Assembly (NCBI GenBank): GCA_047635475.1
Contig: JBLIKQ010000001.1
Location: forward strand, 7,818-71,817
DNA: 64,000 nt
Direction: 5' to 3'
Source: Porticoccaceae bacterium
Lineage (GTDB): Bacteria; Bacteroidota; Bacteroidia; Flavobacteriales; Flavobacteriaceae
Position numbers and translations under genes: made by a program. This document shows, piece after piece, positions 1 to 10,524 of this stretch; the stretch's first letter is position 1; each line of letters begins with the position of its first letter. Under the pieces are notes generated by a model, which was given only the letters and a program-made list of their open reading frames with translations, ran no database searches and was not told the origin of the DNA.

Positions 1-2181
1 CCAAGTAAAGCCCTTCTGGGTTTCGGGTGACCAAGAGTGTTTAATTTCGATAGGCCCAATTACGGTTTCAAGGCCGTAACCAACAGCATATCCTGAATAT
101 TTAGGCAGTGAAACCCAATTCACCGATTCAAAAATTCTGTCGCCCAAATTAGCATAATTGGCAGAAAAATTTAGATGGTTCTTTTTGTAAAACTCGTAAT
201 CAACCGTTCCTGTAGATTTCACATAACTATTACCAGCAATACTCAAAAAATCATACCCATAAAAATACCTAAAATTATTTACGAGGTTATAGCCGTAACC
301 CCCTAAAACGAAATTAAAAAAAGAAACACTGTCATTGCCAAAAGAAAAACCAGCTTCCGTTTGAAATTTAATTGTAGCATTTTTAAAAATTGTTGCTGCG
401 ACTCCAATATCTCCTTTTGCAATGGAAAAAGTATTAAATTCCTTGGTGTAGTTTGACGATAACAAATAGGACTGAATATCACCAGAAAAATACCAGCCTT
501 TTGTGGGGAAGTCTTTATCATCAAACGAGTCAAACTTCATATACCCAAAAACACTTATATAGTTGCTTTTATCTATTAGGGGATCCATATTTGCCAAGGT
601 CTCCGACTTAATTTTTAAGAACTTATACTCTAAACCTCCTCCTATCAAAAATTTCTGTACAAATAAGGACTGGAAATATACCTGATTTGTCACATCTGAG
701 AAATCGATATTAATCGTGTTTAAACCCAAGGACTGAAAATCTAAACTACTGATATCTCTGGTAACATTCCTATTGAATTGATTGAAAAAGGATTTAAAAC
801 CAAAACTAAAATTGTATCCGTTTTCAATGTAATAATCAAAATCATATCTGTAATTATCTCCAAGCGCAATATCTAGTGATGCGATGTCATTTTTAAACAA
901 GGTTTTCTTCCGTGTTAAATTTACCAAGACACCGCTCTTAAAAAGACCGTCATAGTGCAATCCAAATTTCAAATAGGTTTTGATTGGATTCTCTTTCAAA
1001 TAAAGATTTAAGTCATCGTTTCCCATGTTTGGATCGAGCGAATAACTTATCACGCTGAAGTTATCAGTTCCATTAATGTTGTTGATTCCTGCTTCCAATT
1101 GCTTATAACTAATTGTAGATCCCGGCTTAAATCTTAATTTCCCTAATACATAATCATAGGTGAAGTTGTCTAACTCAGTAATATTTATATTTTTTATTTG
1201 TAAACTGTCAGTTTGAATTTTGTATTTAGGTTTTCTATATAATATCGTATCATTACTCCCTAATTCTTTTATTTTCTCAAAAACAGAAAATGTAGCCTCT
1301 TCCCCTTTTTCAATTATATCTTTTCCTTTGTCAAATGAGATTACCCCATATTCTGTAATATCAGGCTTAATATAAATATCCGTTTTAAGAATATTACTTT
1401 TCATTTTTTCGATCGACTGCAGATTCGTAATTTGGACTAGAATTTTTGTAGCATCCTTAAGAGTTGTTCTGTCCCTTAAGTCATCTTGTACATCGACACC
1501 AATAACAACATCAGCCCCAAGTCGCCTAACCTCATCAATTGGATAATTATTAGTAACCCCGCCATCGACTAAAAGCTGTCCATCAATTTCAACTGGAGAA
1601 AACAGCGAAGGGAATGCCGAACTTGCAAGTAGGGCCTGGGCCAAATTTCCTTTATTCAATAGGACTTGTTTGCCCGTTTCTATATCAGACCCAATACACA
1701 GAAAGGGAATTGGCAGCTGATTGAAATCTCTGACATGCCTAACATTTCTTGTTAATCTACTCAATAAATTAAAATTGTACAAACCCTTTGAGAGCGCCTG
1801 GGGTATTCCAATATTAAACTTATTGAAAGGTAAAACCAGCGCATACAATTCATCATTTCCCTTCTCATAAAAATTTTTTGAAGACCTTGGTATGAAATCA
1901 TTTATTAATTTATCAAAATTGGTAGCTTGAAAGATAGAATCGATTTGAGCTGCATTATATCCAGTAGCGTAAAGTCCCCCTACCACGGCACCCATACTGG
2001 TCCCTCCTATATAATCAATCTTTAACCCCGCCTCTTCGAGCACTTTCAAAACTCCTATATGCGCAAAACCTTTTGCCCCACCTCCACTTAAAACCAAACC
2101 TACTTTTGGTCTCTTATGCTCTTGCGAAGACATCGAGGTATAACTAAAAAGCAGTAGGGTTATAAAGAGATGTTTTTTCAT
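1..2181 (-). CDS. Patatin-like phospholipase with C-terminal POTRA/beta-barrel region (PlpD-like); 3' end runs off the window
   Basis: Absent from the ORF track. Manual translation from ATG 2181 gives MKKHLFITLLLFSYTSMSSQEHKRPKVGLVLSGGGAKGFAHIGVLKVLEEAGLKIDYIGGTSMGA: signal peptide, Gly-rich loop, G-T-S-M-G nucleophile, and a later LVDGG motif. The barrel region is inferred from length and family architecture. Confidence 0.9.
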   Translation of the reverse strand, partial: MKKHLFITLLLFSYTSMSSQEHKRPKVGLVLSGGGAKGFAHIGVLKVLEEAGLKIDYIGGTSMGAVVGGLYATGYNAAQIDSIFQATNFDKLINDFIPRSSKNFYEKGNDELYALVLPFNKFNIGIPQALSKGLYNFNLLSRLTRNVRHVRDFNQLPIPFLCIGSDIETGKQVLLNKGNLAQALLASSAFPSLFSPVEIDGQLLVDGGVTNNYPIDEVRRLGADVVIGVDVQDDLRDRTTLKDATKILVQITNLQSIEKMKSNILKTDIYIKPDITEYGVISFDKGKDIIEKGEEATFSVFEKIKELGSNDTILYRKPKYKIQTDSLQIKNINITELDNFTYDYVLGKLRFKPGSTISYKQLEAGINNINGTDNFSVISYSLDPNMGNDDLNLYLKENPIKTYLKFGLHYDGLFKSGVLVNLTRKKTLFKNDIASLDIALGDNYRYDFDYYIENGYNFSFGFKSFFNQFNRNVTRDISSLDFQSLGLNTINIDFSDVTNQVYFQSLFVQKFLIGGGLEYKFLKIKSETLANMDPLIDKSNYISVFGYMKFDSFDDKDFPTKGWYFSGDIQSYLLSSNYTKEFNTFSIAKGDIGVAATIFKNATIKFQTEAGFSFGNDSVSFFNFVLGGYGYNLVNNFRYFYGYDFLSIAGNSYVKSTGTVDYEFYKKNHLNFSANYANLGDRIFESVNWVSLPKYSGYAVGYGLETVIGPIEIKHSWSPETQKGFTW

Positions 2182-2231
2182 AAAGACCGTTTAATTTTTG
2201 AGATAGCTATTTCTCATTATTTTACTAAAAG

Positions 2232-4031
2232 TCAATTATTTATGACTTTGTAAAAGCCGATAATTTTTTTTGCTTTCGATAAACCTATAACATCTGAAAT
2301 TTCTTTTTCTGTTGCCATTTTTATTCTTTTGACACTTTTAAAATGCTGTATCAATGCCAACATCGTTTTTTCTCCTATTCCCGGAATAGATTCTATAGAT
2401 GAATTTAATGCCGCTTTACTTCTCTGATCTCTATGGTGTGTAATCCCAAATCGATGCGCTTCATTTCTTAACTGTTGAATCACCTTAAGCGTTTCTGACT
2501 TCTTATCTAAATATAACGGAACCGAATCTCCAGGATAAAATAACTCCTCCAGTCTTTTTGCAATACCAATTACGGCTATTTTTCCTCTCAATCCTAATTC
2601 ATCAATACTTTTAAGGGCCGCTGACAGTTGTCCTTTTCCTCCATCAATGATTATTAGTTGTGGCAGAGGCTGATTTTCTTCAACAAGCCTTTTATAACGA
2701 CGATAAACAACCTCTGTCATGGATGCAAAATCATCTGGACCTTCTACTGTCTTAATGTTAAAATGACGATAATCTTTCTTGCTAGGCTTTCCGTCTTTGA
2801 AAACTACACAAGCCGCGACGGGATTCGTCCCTTGAATATTCGAGTTGTCAAAACACTCAATATGTCTTGGTTCGGATGGCAATCGCAAATCTTTCTGCAT
2901 TTGTGCCATGATTCGATTAGCATGCCTGTCAGGGTCTACGATCTGCAATTGTTTCAACTGTTCTATCCTATAAAATTTAGCATTGCGAATAGAAAGGTCC
3001 AAAATTTGTTTTTTATCCCCTAGCTGCGGTATAGTTATGTTTATTCTTTCTCCCAAATCAACTTTAAAAGGAACGATAACCTCTTTAGACAATAACTGAA
3101 ATCGCTCCCTTAGCTCAACAATCGCCAACTCTAATAGTTCTTCATCTGTTTCTTCCAGTTTTTTCTTTATCTCCATGGTATGTGAGCGAATGATGGCTCC
3201 ATGGGAAATTTGTAAAAAATTTACATAAGCGGCACTTTCATCAGAAACTATCGAGAACACATCGACATTAGTAATTTTTGGATTCACAATTGTGGAGCGC
3301 GATTGGTAATTTTCGAGCACTTCAATTTTTTCTTTTATTTTTTGGGCTTCTTCAAAATGCATATTTTGAGCCAGTTCAGTCATAAGCTTTCTAAAGTCTT
3401 TCATACTTTCTTTGAAGTTCCCTTTGAGAATTTCACGAATAGCATCGACTTGCTTTTGATAATTTTCTAAAGATTCTAAACCTTCACACGGACCTTTGCA
3501 GTTTCCAATATGATACTCGAGACAAACTTTAAATTTTCCGGTTTCTATATTTGACTTACTTAAATCATAATTACAACTACGAAGTGGATACAGTTCTTTT
3601 ATCAGTTCTAAGATGGTGTTTACTGTCTTAAAACTCGTGTAAGGGCCAAAGTACTCAGAACCATCTTTCACCATTCTTCTTGTGGCAAAAATGCGTGGAA
3701 AAGGCTCTTTCTTAATACATAGCCAAGGATAACTTTTATCATCACGCAACAATACATTATACCGAGGTTGCAGTGTTTTTATCAGGTTATTCTCCAATAA
3801 AAGCGCATCTGTCTCTGTAGGCACCACTATATGTTTAATGGTCACAATTTTCTTGACTAGCACATTTGTTTTTGCCGTGTCATGAATCTTATTGAAATAG
3901 GAAGAAACTCTCTTTTTTAAGTTTTTCGCCTTACCTACATATAGTATCTTACCCTCCTTATCATAATATTGATATACGCCAGGACCGTCTGGTAAAGTCT
4001 TTATTTGCAGCTCGAGAGTTGGGTTTTGCAT
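2232..4031 (-). CDS. uvrC: Excinuclease ABC subunit C
   Basis: GIY-YIG N-terminus (PGVYQYYD..ILYVGKAKNLKKRVSSYF), IECFDNSN, IIIDGGKGQL, C-terminal HhH. Start set at ATG 4031 (MQNPT), just downstream of a -7 box. Confidence 0.97.
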   Translation of the reverse strand: MQNPTLELQIKTLPDGPGVYQYYDKEGKILYVGKAKNLKKRVSSYFNKIHDTAKTNVLVKKIVTIKHIVVPTETDALLLENNLIKTLQPRYNVLLRDDKSYPWLCIKKEPFPRIFATRRMVKDGSEYFGPYTSFKTVNTILELIKELYPLRSCNYDLSKSNIETGKFKVCLEYHIGNCKGPCEGLESLENYQKQVDAIREILKGNFKESMKDFRKLMTELAQNMHFEEAQKIKEKIEVLENYQSRSTIVNPKITNVDVFSIVSDESAAYVNFLQISHGAIIRSHTMEIKKKLEETDEELLELAIVELRERFQLLSKEVIVPFKVDLGERINITIPQLGDKKQILDLSIRNAKFYRIEQLKQLQIVDPDRHANRIMAQMQKDLRLPSEPRHIECFDNSNIQGTNPVAACVVFKDGKPSKKDYRHFNIKTVEGPDDFASMTEVVYRRYKRLVEENQPLPQLIIIDGGKGQLSAALKSIDELGLRGKIAVIGIAKRLEELFYPGDSVPLYLDKKSETLKVIQQLRNEAHRFGITHHRDQRSKAALNSSIESIPGIGEKTMLALIQHFKSVKRIKMATEKEISDVIGLSKAKKIIGFYKVINN

Positions 4032-4047
4032 TTTATTGATCTTTTTA

Positions 4048-4055
4048 CAAAGATA
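4048..4055 (-). promoter_or_regulatory. Bacteroidota sigma70 -7 box (TATCTTTG) for uvrC
   Basis: Matches TAnnTTTG, 16 nt upstream of the ATG. Confidence 0.6.
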
Positions 4056-4158
4056 CACAGCAACATTTAGTTGTGTGCGGGGATTTTATTAATTTGAATT
4101 TGAATCCAAATTTACGAAATACAAATAATAATTTCTACATTTAGACTTTTTATTACCC

Positions 4159-5127
4159 ATGAAAAACATCAGACCGATCACCATTCTAGGGGAGGTAATT
4201 TTAGCCGGCGAAAGCAAAACCATAGATATGGAAATCGCCAAATTGCACAACACGGCGAAACTTAAAATTCCCATCATAATTCAGCGTTCTAAAATTGACG
4301 GTCCCACAGTTCTTTTTTCAGCTGGAATTCATGGAGACGAAATTAATGGAGTGGAGATCGTACGCCAGCTTATCGCAAAGAAAATCAACAAACCAAAAAA
4401 AGGAACTATAATTTGCATTCCTATAATCAACATGTTTGGTTTTATTAATATGTCACGACAATTTCCTGACGGCAGAGATTTAAACAGGGTTTTTCCTGGA
4501 AGCAAAAAAGGGTCTTTAGCCAGCAGATTTGCTTACCATATCTTAACCGAAATAATGCCCCTTGTTGACTATGCAGTCGATTTTCATGCAGGAGGCGCCA
4601 GTCGGTTCAATGCACCTCAAATACGGCTCGCTCCAAACAGTCCCGAGTTAAAAGAATTAGCCGATGTATTTAATGCCCCTTTCACTCTGTTTTCTAAAAA
4701 TATTGCAGGCTCTTTTAGGAATTCGAGTCAGAAACTAAATGTGAAAATGTTACTTTTTGAAGGCGGAAAATCGCTCGACATTAATGAATCAGTTGCTGGA
4801 GCAGGCGTGAATGGCGTGAAACGATTTTTGGCACACCTTGACATGCTCGATCCAAAGCAGCTCATCGAAAAACAGGGCTCAAACACGATTTATATTGAAA
4901 AGTCAGGATGGATAAGAGCTAAGTGCTCCGGCTTATTACATGATCAAAACACGATTGGAAGCTTTGTAAAAAAAGGGACTGTTCTGGCTATAATCACAGA
5001 TCCTTTCGGGAAATTTGAACGAAAAATAAAAGCACCAAATGACGGTTATATCATCAATGCGAACCTTTCTTCTATTGTCTACCAGGGTGACGCTATTTAC
5101 CATATATCTAAAACTTTAGAAAAATAA
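4159..5127 (+). CDS. Succinylglutamate desuccinylase/aspartoacylase family (M14) protein
   Basis: GIHGDEING, RDLNRVFPG and VDFHAG motifs; C-terminal biotinyl-like domain. Confidence 0.9.
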   Translation: MKNIRPITILGEVILAGESKTIDMEIAKLHNTAKLKIPIIIQRSKIDGPTVLFSAGIHGDEINGVEIVRQLIAKKINKPKKGTIICIPIINMFGFINMSRQFPDGRDLNRVFPGSKKGSLASRFAYHILTEIMPLVDYAVDFHAGGASRFNAPQIRLAPNSPELKELADVFNAPFTLFSKNIAGSFRNSSQKLNVKMLLFEGGKSLDINESVAGAGVNGVKRFLAHLDMLDPKQLIEKQGSNTIYIEKSGWIRAKCSGLLHDQNTIGSFVKKGTVLAIITDPFGKFERKIKAPNDGYIINANLSSIVYQGDAIYHISKTLEK

Positions 5128-5195
5128 AAGCTAACAAGAACCATACAGAACAGACTGTTTGAGTACTTTTATAGCTGATTTAAAAAGTAGCATTC

Positions 5196-5768
5196 ATGCA
5201 AAAAAAGCAATTACGCTCGAAGTATAAAGCATTAAGAGCTCAACTACCTGAAAGTGAGACGGAGGAAATGAGTTTGGCTATTGCCAATAAACTATTGATG
5301 CTGCCTATTTGGGAGAAAACCTACTTTCATGTTTTCTTACCTATAGTTGAACATAAAGAGGTCAATACTGAACTCATCTTGCATTTGCTTTTAGGAAAAG
5401 ATAAAGAAATCATCATTTCTAAATCTGATTTTGAAACCCGAAATATGACTCACTTTCTATTAACAGATAGTACCAAAATCAAGAAAAACGAATATAATAT
5501 CCCCGAACCAGTTGACGGAATAGAAGTTCCTCCTAATAAAATTGAAGTAGTTTTTGTGCCACTTTTGGCCTTTGATAAGCAAGGGCATCGTGTAGGTTAC
5601 GGCAAAGGATTTTATGATGTCTTTTTATCAAAATGCCAACCTGAAACAATTAAAATTGGACTCTCGTTTTTTGAAGCGGAAGAATTGATTGCCGATATTT
5701 ATGAAACTGACGTGAAATTAGATTATTGTGTTAGTCCGAATACTATTTATGAATTTAAAAAAAATTGA
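5196..5768 (+). CDS. 5-formyltetrahydrofolate cyclo-ligase
   Basis: KKQLR N-terminus, YNIPEP, VPLLAFDKQGHRVGYGKGFYD. Confidence 0.95.
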   Translation: MQKKQLRSKYKALRAQLPESETEEMSLAIANKLLMLPIWEKTYFHVFLPIVEHKEVNTELILHLLLGKDKEIIISKSDFETRNMTHFLLTDSTKIKKNEYNIPEPVDGIEVPPNKIEVVFVPLLAFDKQGHRVGYGKGFYDVFLSKCQPETIKIGLSFFEAEELIADIYETDVKLDYCVSPNTIYEFKKN

Positions 5769-5790
5769 TTTCAATTTTATTTTTTGAATT

Positions 5791-5991
5791 ATGAAAAAAA
5801 TTAAATATCCAACATCTTTACTGGCAGTTATAATTCTAGTATCTACAGTTTCATTGTCGAACTGTAGTGTTAATTGAAGAACGAATCAACCCAATGATAG
5901 TTACAAAGCTAAAAAACTTCCTCCTGGACATGCTAAAAAATTGAATGGAGACAAAAGCGCAAAACGATATGCTCCAGGACATAATAAATAA
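5791..5991 (+). pseudogene. Small PPGHAKK-type putative lipoprotein interrupted by an in-frame TGA
   Basis: MKKIKYPTSLLAVIILVSTVSLSNCSVN*RTNQPNDSYKAKKLPPGHAKKLNGDKSAKRYAPGHNK*; TGA at 5875-5877; followed by a terminator. Confidence 0.7.
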
Positions 5992-5992
5992 T

Positions 5993-6028
5993 AAGAAAGA
6001 CCAATTCAAATTTGAATTGGTCTTTCTT
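5993..6028. terminator. Bidirectional intrinsic terminator
   Basis: Perfect palindrome AAGAAAGACCAATTCAAA/TTTGAATTGGTCTTTCTT between convergent genes. Confidence 0.8.
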
Positions 6029-6045
6029 TTATCTGATTCCAGATT

Positions 6046-6645
6046 TTAGCCTTTATGGAAAGCTTTTTTATTGAAAAAAATCAATATTCCCACTCCGGTA
6101 GAAATAGCCATATCGGCAACATTAAAAATGGCATTAAAAAAAGTAAAATCATTTCCACCCCATATTGGTAACCAGCTTGGTAAACTTCCGTGCCAAAAGG
6201 GAAAGTAAAACATATCTACCACCTTACCATGAAAATATTTGCCATAAGGCTGATCAGTAAATAGTGTAGCTAATTGTGAATGGCTGTCGTCAAAAATAAC
6301 TCCATAAAATACAGAATCAATGATGTTCCCGAAAGCTCCTGCCAGAATTAACGCTATTGCCACAATTAAGTAATCAGAGCTATACTTTCTTTCTACAGAA
6401 TCCCATAACCAATAGCCAATTCCGCCAACTGCTACCAATCTAAAAACAGTCAAGAACAATTTACCATAAGTCCCAGGAATCTCAGTGCCCCAAGCCATTC
6501 CTTCATTTTCTATAAAAAGGATTTTAAACCATCTGAAAACTTCAACTTCTTCCCCTAATATAAAATTAGTTTTTACAAATATTTTCGAAACCTGATCAAC
6601 AATTAATATTCCGAATATAAGTAAATACGCTTTTCGTAATGACAT
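6046..6645 (-). CDS. lspA: Lipoprotein signal peptidase (SPase II)
   Basis: DQVSK, ENEGMAWG, GAFGNIIDS, VVDM, FNVADMAI. Confidence 0.96.
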   Translation of the reverse strand: MSLRKAYLLIFGILIVDQVSKIFVKTNFILGEEVEVFRWFKILFIENEGMAWGTEIPGTYGKLFLTVFRLVAVGGIGYWLWDSVERKYSSDYLIVAIALILAGAFGNIIDSVFYGVIFDDSHSQLATLFTDQPYGKYFHGKVVDMFYFPFWHGSLPSWLPIWGGNDFTFFNAIFNVADMAISTGVGILIFFNKKAFHKG

Positions 6646-6665
6646 TTTTAAAATTTTAAGTAGGG

Positions 6666-6673
6666 CAAAAGTA
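6666..6673 (-). promoter_or_regulatory. -7 promoter box (TACTTTTG) for lspA
   Basis: TAnnTTTG consensus upstream of lspA, downstream of the dksA-like terminator. Confidence 0.6.
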
Positions 6674-6684
6674 ATAATTTTATC

Positions 6685-6710
6685 AAAAAAAACGCTCCTA
6701 ATGGAGCGTT
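6685..6710 (-). terminator. Intrinsic terminator after ileS-dksA
   Basis: AACGCTCC-TAAT-GGAGCGTT stem followed by a T8 tract on the minus strand. Confidence 0.75.
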
Positions 6711-6734
6711 AAATATTTATATAACGGTACTGGC

Positions 6735-7115
6735 TTATCGTTGTAAATTTTTGGCCTCTATACTCATCGTAGCGTGAGGAACAATTTTCAATCTTTCTTT
6801 ATTGATTAGCTTACCCGTCACTCTACATACACCATAGGTCTTATTCTCTACACGGAATAATGCATTCTTCAAATCACGAATAAATTTCTCCTGACGTATT
6901 GCCAGCTGAGAGTTAGCTTCCTTAGACATGCTTTCACTTCCTTCCTCAAATGCTTTAAACGTTGGCGAGGTATCATCCGTACCATTATTTCCATCATTCA
7001 TGTAGGCGCTCTTTATCAGTTCTAAATCTGCTTGCGCTCTATTTATTTTACTTAAAATTATTTCTTTGAACTCAGCCAAATCGGCGTCAGAGTATCTTGT
7101 TGGTGCATCTACCAT
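6735..7115 (-). CDS. TraR/DksA family transcription factor
   Basis: Coiled coil, then ALFRVENKTYGVCRVTGKLINKERLKIVPHAT; usual ileS-dksA-lspA synteny. Confidence 0.9.
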   Translation of the reverse strand: MVDAPTRYSDADLAEFKEIILSKINRAQADLELIKSAYMNDGNNGTDDTSPTFKAFEEGSESMSKEANSQLAIRQEKFIRDLKNALFRVENKTYGVCRVTGKLINKERLKIVPHATMSIEAKNLQR

Positions 7116-7122
7116 ATCTAGA

Positions 7123-10100
7123 TTATTTAGTAATTTTTATTTTTGTTTTTATCTCGTCAAATTCAATTTCTGTACCGTTTTCTAAATCTTCCTCAAAAAC
7201 CAATTCTTCTGTTAGCGTTTCTGATTTAATATATTCTAAATTTGGTTCTATTGCCTCCTCTAAAGTATCACTTTTTTGCAAATGAACCTTTATTTTGTCT
7301 GTAACTTCAAATCCCGAATCCTTTCTAATATTTTGAATTCTGTTTACTAATTCTCTTGCTATACCCTCTTTTTTCAATTCCGCAGAAATGACTATATCAA
7401 GGGCTACGGTTATTCCGTTTGAATTAGCGACCAACCAGCCTTCAATATCTTGGGACGAAATCTCTACATCTGCTACAGTTAAAGTTATGCTTTTTCCACC
7501 AATAATAACATCTGTAGAGCCATTACTCTCCAATTGACCTATTTTTTCTGCTGAAAAATTATCTATCTCTTTGGCAATCAATACCATATCTTTTCCGAAT
7601 CGAGGCCCTAATGCTTTAAAATTAGGTTTTATATGCTTCACCAAAACTCCTGAAGCATCGTCTAAAAGTAAGATTTCCTTAACATTTACCTCAGCCTTTA
7701 TCAGCTCAGAAACCGCTTCAATTTCAAGCCTCTGATTCTCGTCAAGGACTGGAATCATTACCTTTTGCAATGGTTGACGCACCTTAATCATTTCCTTTTT
7801 TCGAAGAGACAATACCAATGACGAGATAGTCTGCGCTTTCTGCATTTTGCTCTCTAACATCTTATTAACATAGTTTTCAACCGAAACTGGAAACTTAGCC
7901 AAATGTACACTCTCATATTTTTCAGACTGTGTTGCTAAAGTTAAGTCTCTGTAAAGCTTGTCCATAAAGAACGGAGCTATTGGCGCACCCAATTTACTTA
8001 CTGTTAACAAACAAGTATACAGCGTCTGGTAGGCTGCAATTTTATCTTGTTCATATTCTCCTTTCCAGAAGCGTCTTCTGCACAGACGAACGTACCAGTT
8101 ACTTAAATTCTCCTGAACGAATTCAGATATCGCACGAGCCGCTTTTGTAGGCTCATAATCAGCATAGAAACCATCAACTTCTTTTATCAAAGTATTTAAT
8201 TCCGAAATAATCCATTGGTCAATTTCGGGTCTTTCATTAATTGGAATTTCGGCTTCTTGGTATTTGAATCCGTCAATATTGGCATATAAACTAAAGAATG
8301 AATAAGTGTTATATAAAGTTCCGAAGAATTTTCTACGAACTTCTGCGATTCCTTCTAAGTCAAATTTTAAATTATCCCAAGGATTGGCATTAGATATCAT
8401 ATACCATCGGGTGGCATCTGGACCATATTCACCTAATGTGTCAAAAGGGTCTGCAGCATTTCCAAGACGTTTAGACATTTTCTGTCCGTTTTTATCCAAA
8501 ACCAAACCGTTTGAAACTACATTTTTATAGGCTACTTTATCAAAAACCAAAGTAGCTATGGCATGCAGGGTATAAAACCACCCACGTGTTTGATCTACTC
8601 CTTCTGCAATAAAATCAGCTGGAAAATCTTTGTTTTCGTCTATTTTGTCCTTATTTTCAAAAGGGTAATGCCATTGTGCATAAGGCATTGAACCTGAATC
8701 AAACCAAACATCAATCAAATCAGCCTCCCTTTTCATTGGTTTCCCCGAAGCGGAAACTAAGGTAATCGCATCGACTACATTTTTATGTAAATCTACTAAA
8801 TCATAATTCTCTTCAGCCATATTCCCAATTTCAAAACCTTTAAAAGGGTTTTCTTTTTGGATTCCAGCTGCAACCGATTTTTCGATTTCATTGTATAGTT
8901 CTTCTATCGAACCTATCAGTATTTCTTCGGTTCCTTCTTCATTTCTCCATATCGGTAATGGAATACCCCAATATCTTGATCGGGATAAATTCCAGTCGTT
9001 GGCATTTTTTATCCAGTTTCCGAAACGTCCTTCTCCTGTTGACTTTGGCTTCCAGTTGATGGTTTCGTTCAGTTCGAACATTCTGTCTCTAACTTCTGTG
9101 ATTTTTATAAACCAGGAATCAAGAGGGTAGTACAAAATAGGCTTATCTGTTCTCCAACAATGTGGGTAACTATGAACATATTTCTCTACTTTAAACGCTT
9201 TATTTTCTTCTTTTAATCGAATGGCAATTTCAACATCTACAGATCGTTCAGGTGCTTCGCCGTCGTTATAATATTCGTTTTTCACGTATTTACCGGCATA
9301 CTCTCCGACATGTGAAGTGAACCTTCCTTGCAAGTCCACTAACGGAACCGGAAAATCATTTTCATCCAAAACTAACATTGGAGGCACTTCTGGAGTAGCT
9401 TCTTTAGCTACTTTCGCATCGTCTGCACCAAAAGTTGGTGAAGTATGCACAATTCCTGTTCCATCTTCAATGGTCACAAAATCCCCAGAAATTACTCTAA
9501 AAGCGTTTTCTGCATTTTGATATGGAAGAACCAACGGCATTAACTGTTCGTATCTTATTCCTACTAAATCTTTCCCTTTACATTCAGCAATAACTTGGTA
9601 TGGAATTTTTTTATCTCCTTCTTTAAAATTTTCAAAATCGGTCACTTCTTTGCTTTCGAAAAATCCTTTTCCGAATTGTTTTCCAACTAAATTTTTAGCC
9701 AAAATTACATTCGTAGGAAGAAAGGTATACTGATTGAATGTTCTCACAACAATATAATCAATTTTTGGTCCCACGGTCAACGCAGTGTTCGACGGTAAAG
9801 TCCAAGGAGTCGTTGTCCAAGCCAAGATAAGGATATCTCCAAACCCTTGAAACGCAACAGGAAGTGTCTCGTTTATTGCTTTGAACTGTGCAACAACCGT
9901 AGTGTCAGTTACATCGCGGTAACTACCCGGCTGATTAACTTCATGAGAACTCAGTCCGGTTCCTGCTTTTGGTGAATAAGGCTGAATGGTATAGCCTTTG
10001 TACATCAGATCCTTGTTGTAGATTTGTTTCAGCAACCACCAAACGGTTTCCATATATTTAGGCTTGTAAGTCACATACGGATCTTCCATATCAACCCAAT

Positions 10101-10524
10101 ACCCCATTTTTTCAGTCAAATCATTCCAAACATCCGTATAACGCATTACGGTTTTTTTACAGGCTTCGTTATAGTCCTCTACAGATATTTTTTTTCCTAT
10201 ATCTTCTTTTGTAATTCCTAATGCTGCCTCTGTTCCTAATTCTACTGGTAAACCGTGAGTATCCCAACCAGCTTTTCGCTTTACCTGAAACCCTTTTTGT
10301 GTTTTGTACCTGCAAAAAATATCTTTAATGGCACGTGCCATAACATGATGAATTCCCGGTAAGCCATTTGCCGAAGGTGGCCCCTCAAAAAACACGTATG
10401 GTAGGTTACCCTCACGAGTCGTTATGCTTTTTTCAAATATGTTTTCTTTCTTCCAAAAATCAAGTACTTCTGACGCTACTGTCGGCAAGTCAAGTCCTTT
10501 GTATTCAGTAAATTTTGTGCTCAT
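7123..10524 (-). CDS. ileS: Isoleucine--tRNA ligase
   Basis: EGPPSANGLPGIHH (HIGH), GWDTHGLP, WTTTPWTLP, KMSKR; start at ATG 10524 (MSTKF). Confidence 0.98.
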   Translation of the reverse strand: MSTKFTEYKGLDLPTVASEVLDFWKKENIFEKSITTREGNLPYVFFEGPPSANGLPGIHHVMARAIKDIFCRYKTQKGFQVKRKAGWDTHGLPVELGTEAALGITKEDIGKKISVEDYNEACKKTVMRYTDVWNDLTEKMGYWVDMEDPYVTYKPKYMETVWWLLKQIYNKDLMYKGYTIQPYSPKAGTGLSSHEVNQPGSYRDVTDTTVVAQFKAINETLPVAFQGFGDILILAWTTTPWTLPSNTALTVGPKIDYIVVRTFNQYTFLPTNVILAKNLVGKQFGKGFFESKEVTDFENFKEGDKKIPYQVIAECKGKDLVGIRYEQLMPLVLPYQNAENAFRVISGDFVTIEDGTGIVHTSPTFGADDAKVAKEATPEVPPMLVLDENDFPVPLVDLQGRFTSHVGEYAGKYVKNEYYNDGEAPERSVDVEIAIRLKEENKAFKVEKYVHSYPHCWRTDKPILYYPLDSWFIKITEVRDRMFELNETINWKPKSTGEGRFGNWIKNANDWNLSRSRYWGIPLPIWRNEEGTEEILIGSIEELYNEIEKSVAAGIQKENPFKGFEIGNMAEENYDLVDLHKNVVDAITLVSASGKPMKREADLIDVWFDSGSMPYAQWHYPFENKDKIDENKDFPADFIAEGVDQTRGWFYTLHAIATLVFDKVAYKNVVSNGLVLDKNGQKMSKRLGNAADPFDTLGEYGPDATRWYMISNANPWDNLKFDLEGIAEVRRKFFGTLYNTYSFFSLYANIDGFKYQEAEIPINERPEIDQWIISELNTLIKEVDGFYADYEPTKAARAISEFVQENLSNWYVRLCRRRFWKGEYEQDKIAAYQTLYTCLLTVSKLGAPIAPFFMDKLYRDLTLATQSEKYESVHLAKFPVSVENYVNKMLESKMQKAQTISSLVLSLRKKEMIKVRQPLQKVMIPVLDENQRLEIEAVSELIKAEVNVKEILLLDDASGVLVKHIKPNFKALGPRFGKDMVLIAKEIDNFSAEKIGQLESNGSTDVIIGGKSITLTVADVEISSQDIEGWLVANSNGITVALDIVISAELKKEGIARELVNRIQNIRKDSGFEVTDKIKVHLQKSDTLEEAIEPNLEYIKSETLTEELVFEEDLENGTEIEFDEIKTKIKITK

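Noticed and set aside
303-533. 76-aa ORF in the track
   Set aside because: Out-of-frame overlap within the patatin gene (1-2181), which the track missed because it runs off the window
5875-5877. Selenocysteine recoding of the in-frame TGA
   Set aside because: No SECIS-like hairpin is evident immediately downstream and there is no redox motif context
6735-7115. DksA homologue with one Cys instead of a 4-Cys zinc finger
   Set aside because: Zinc-free DksA variants are known, and this form looks typical for the phylum
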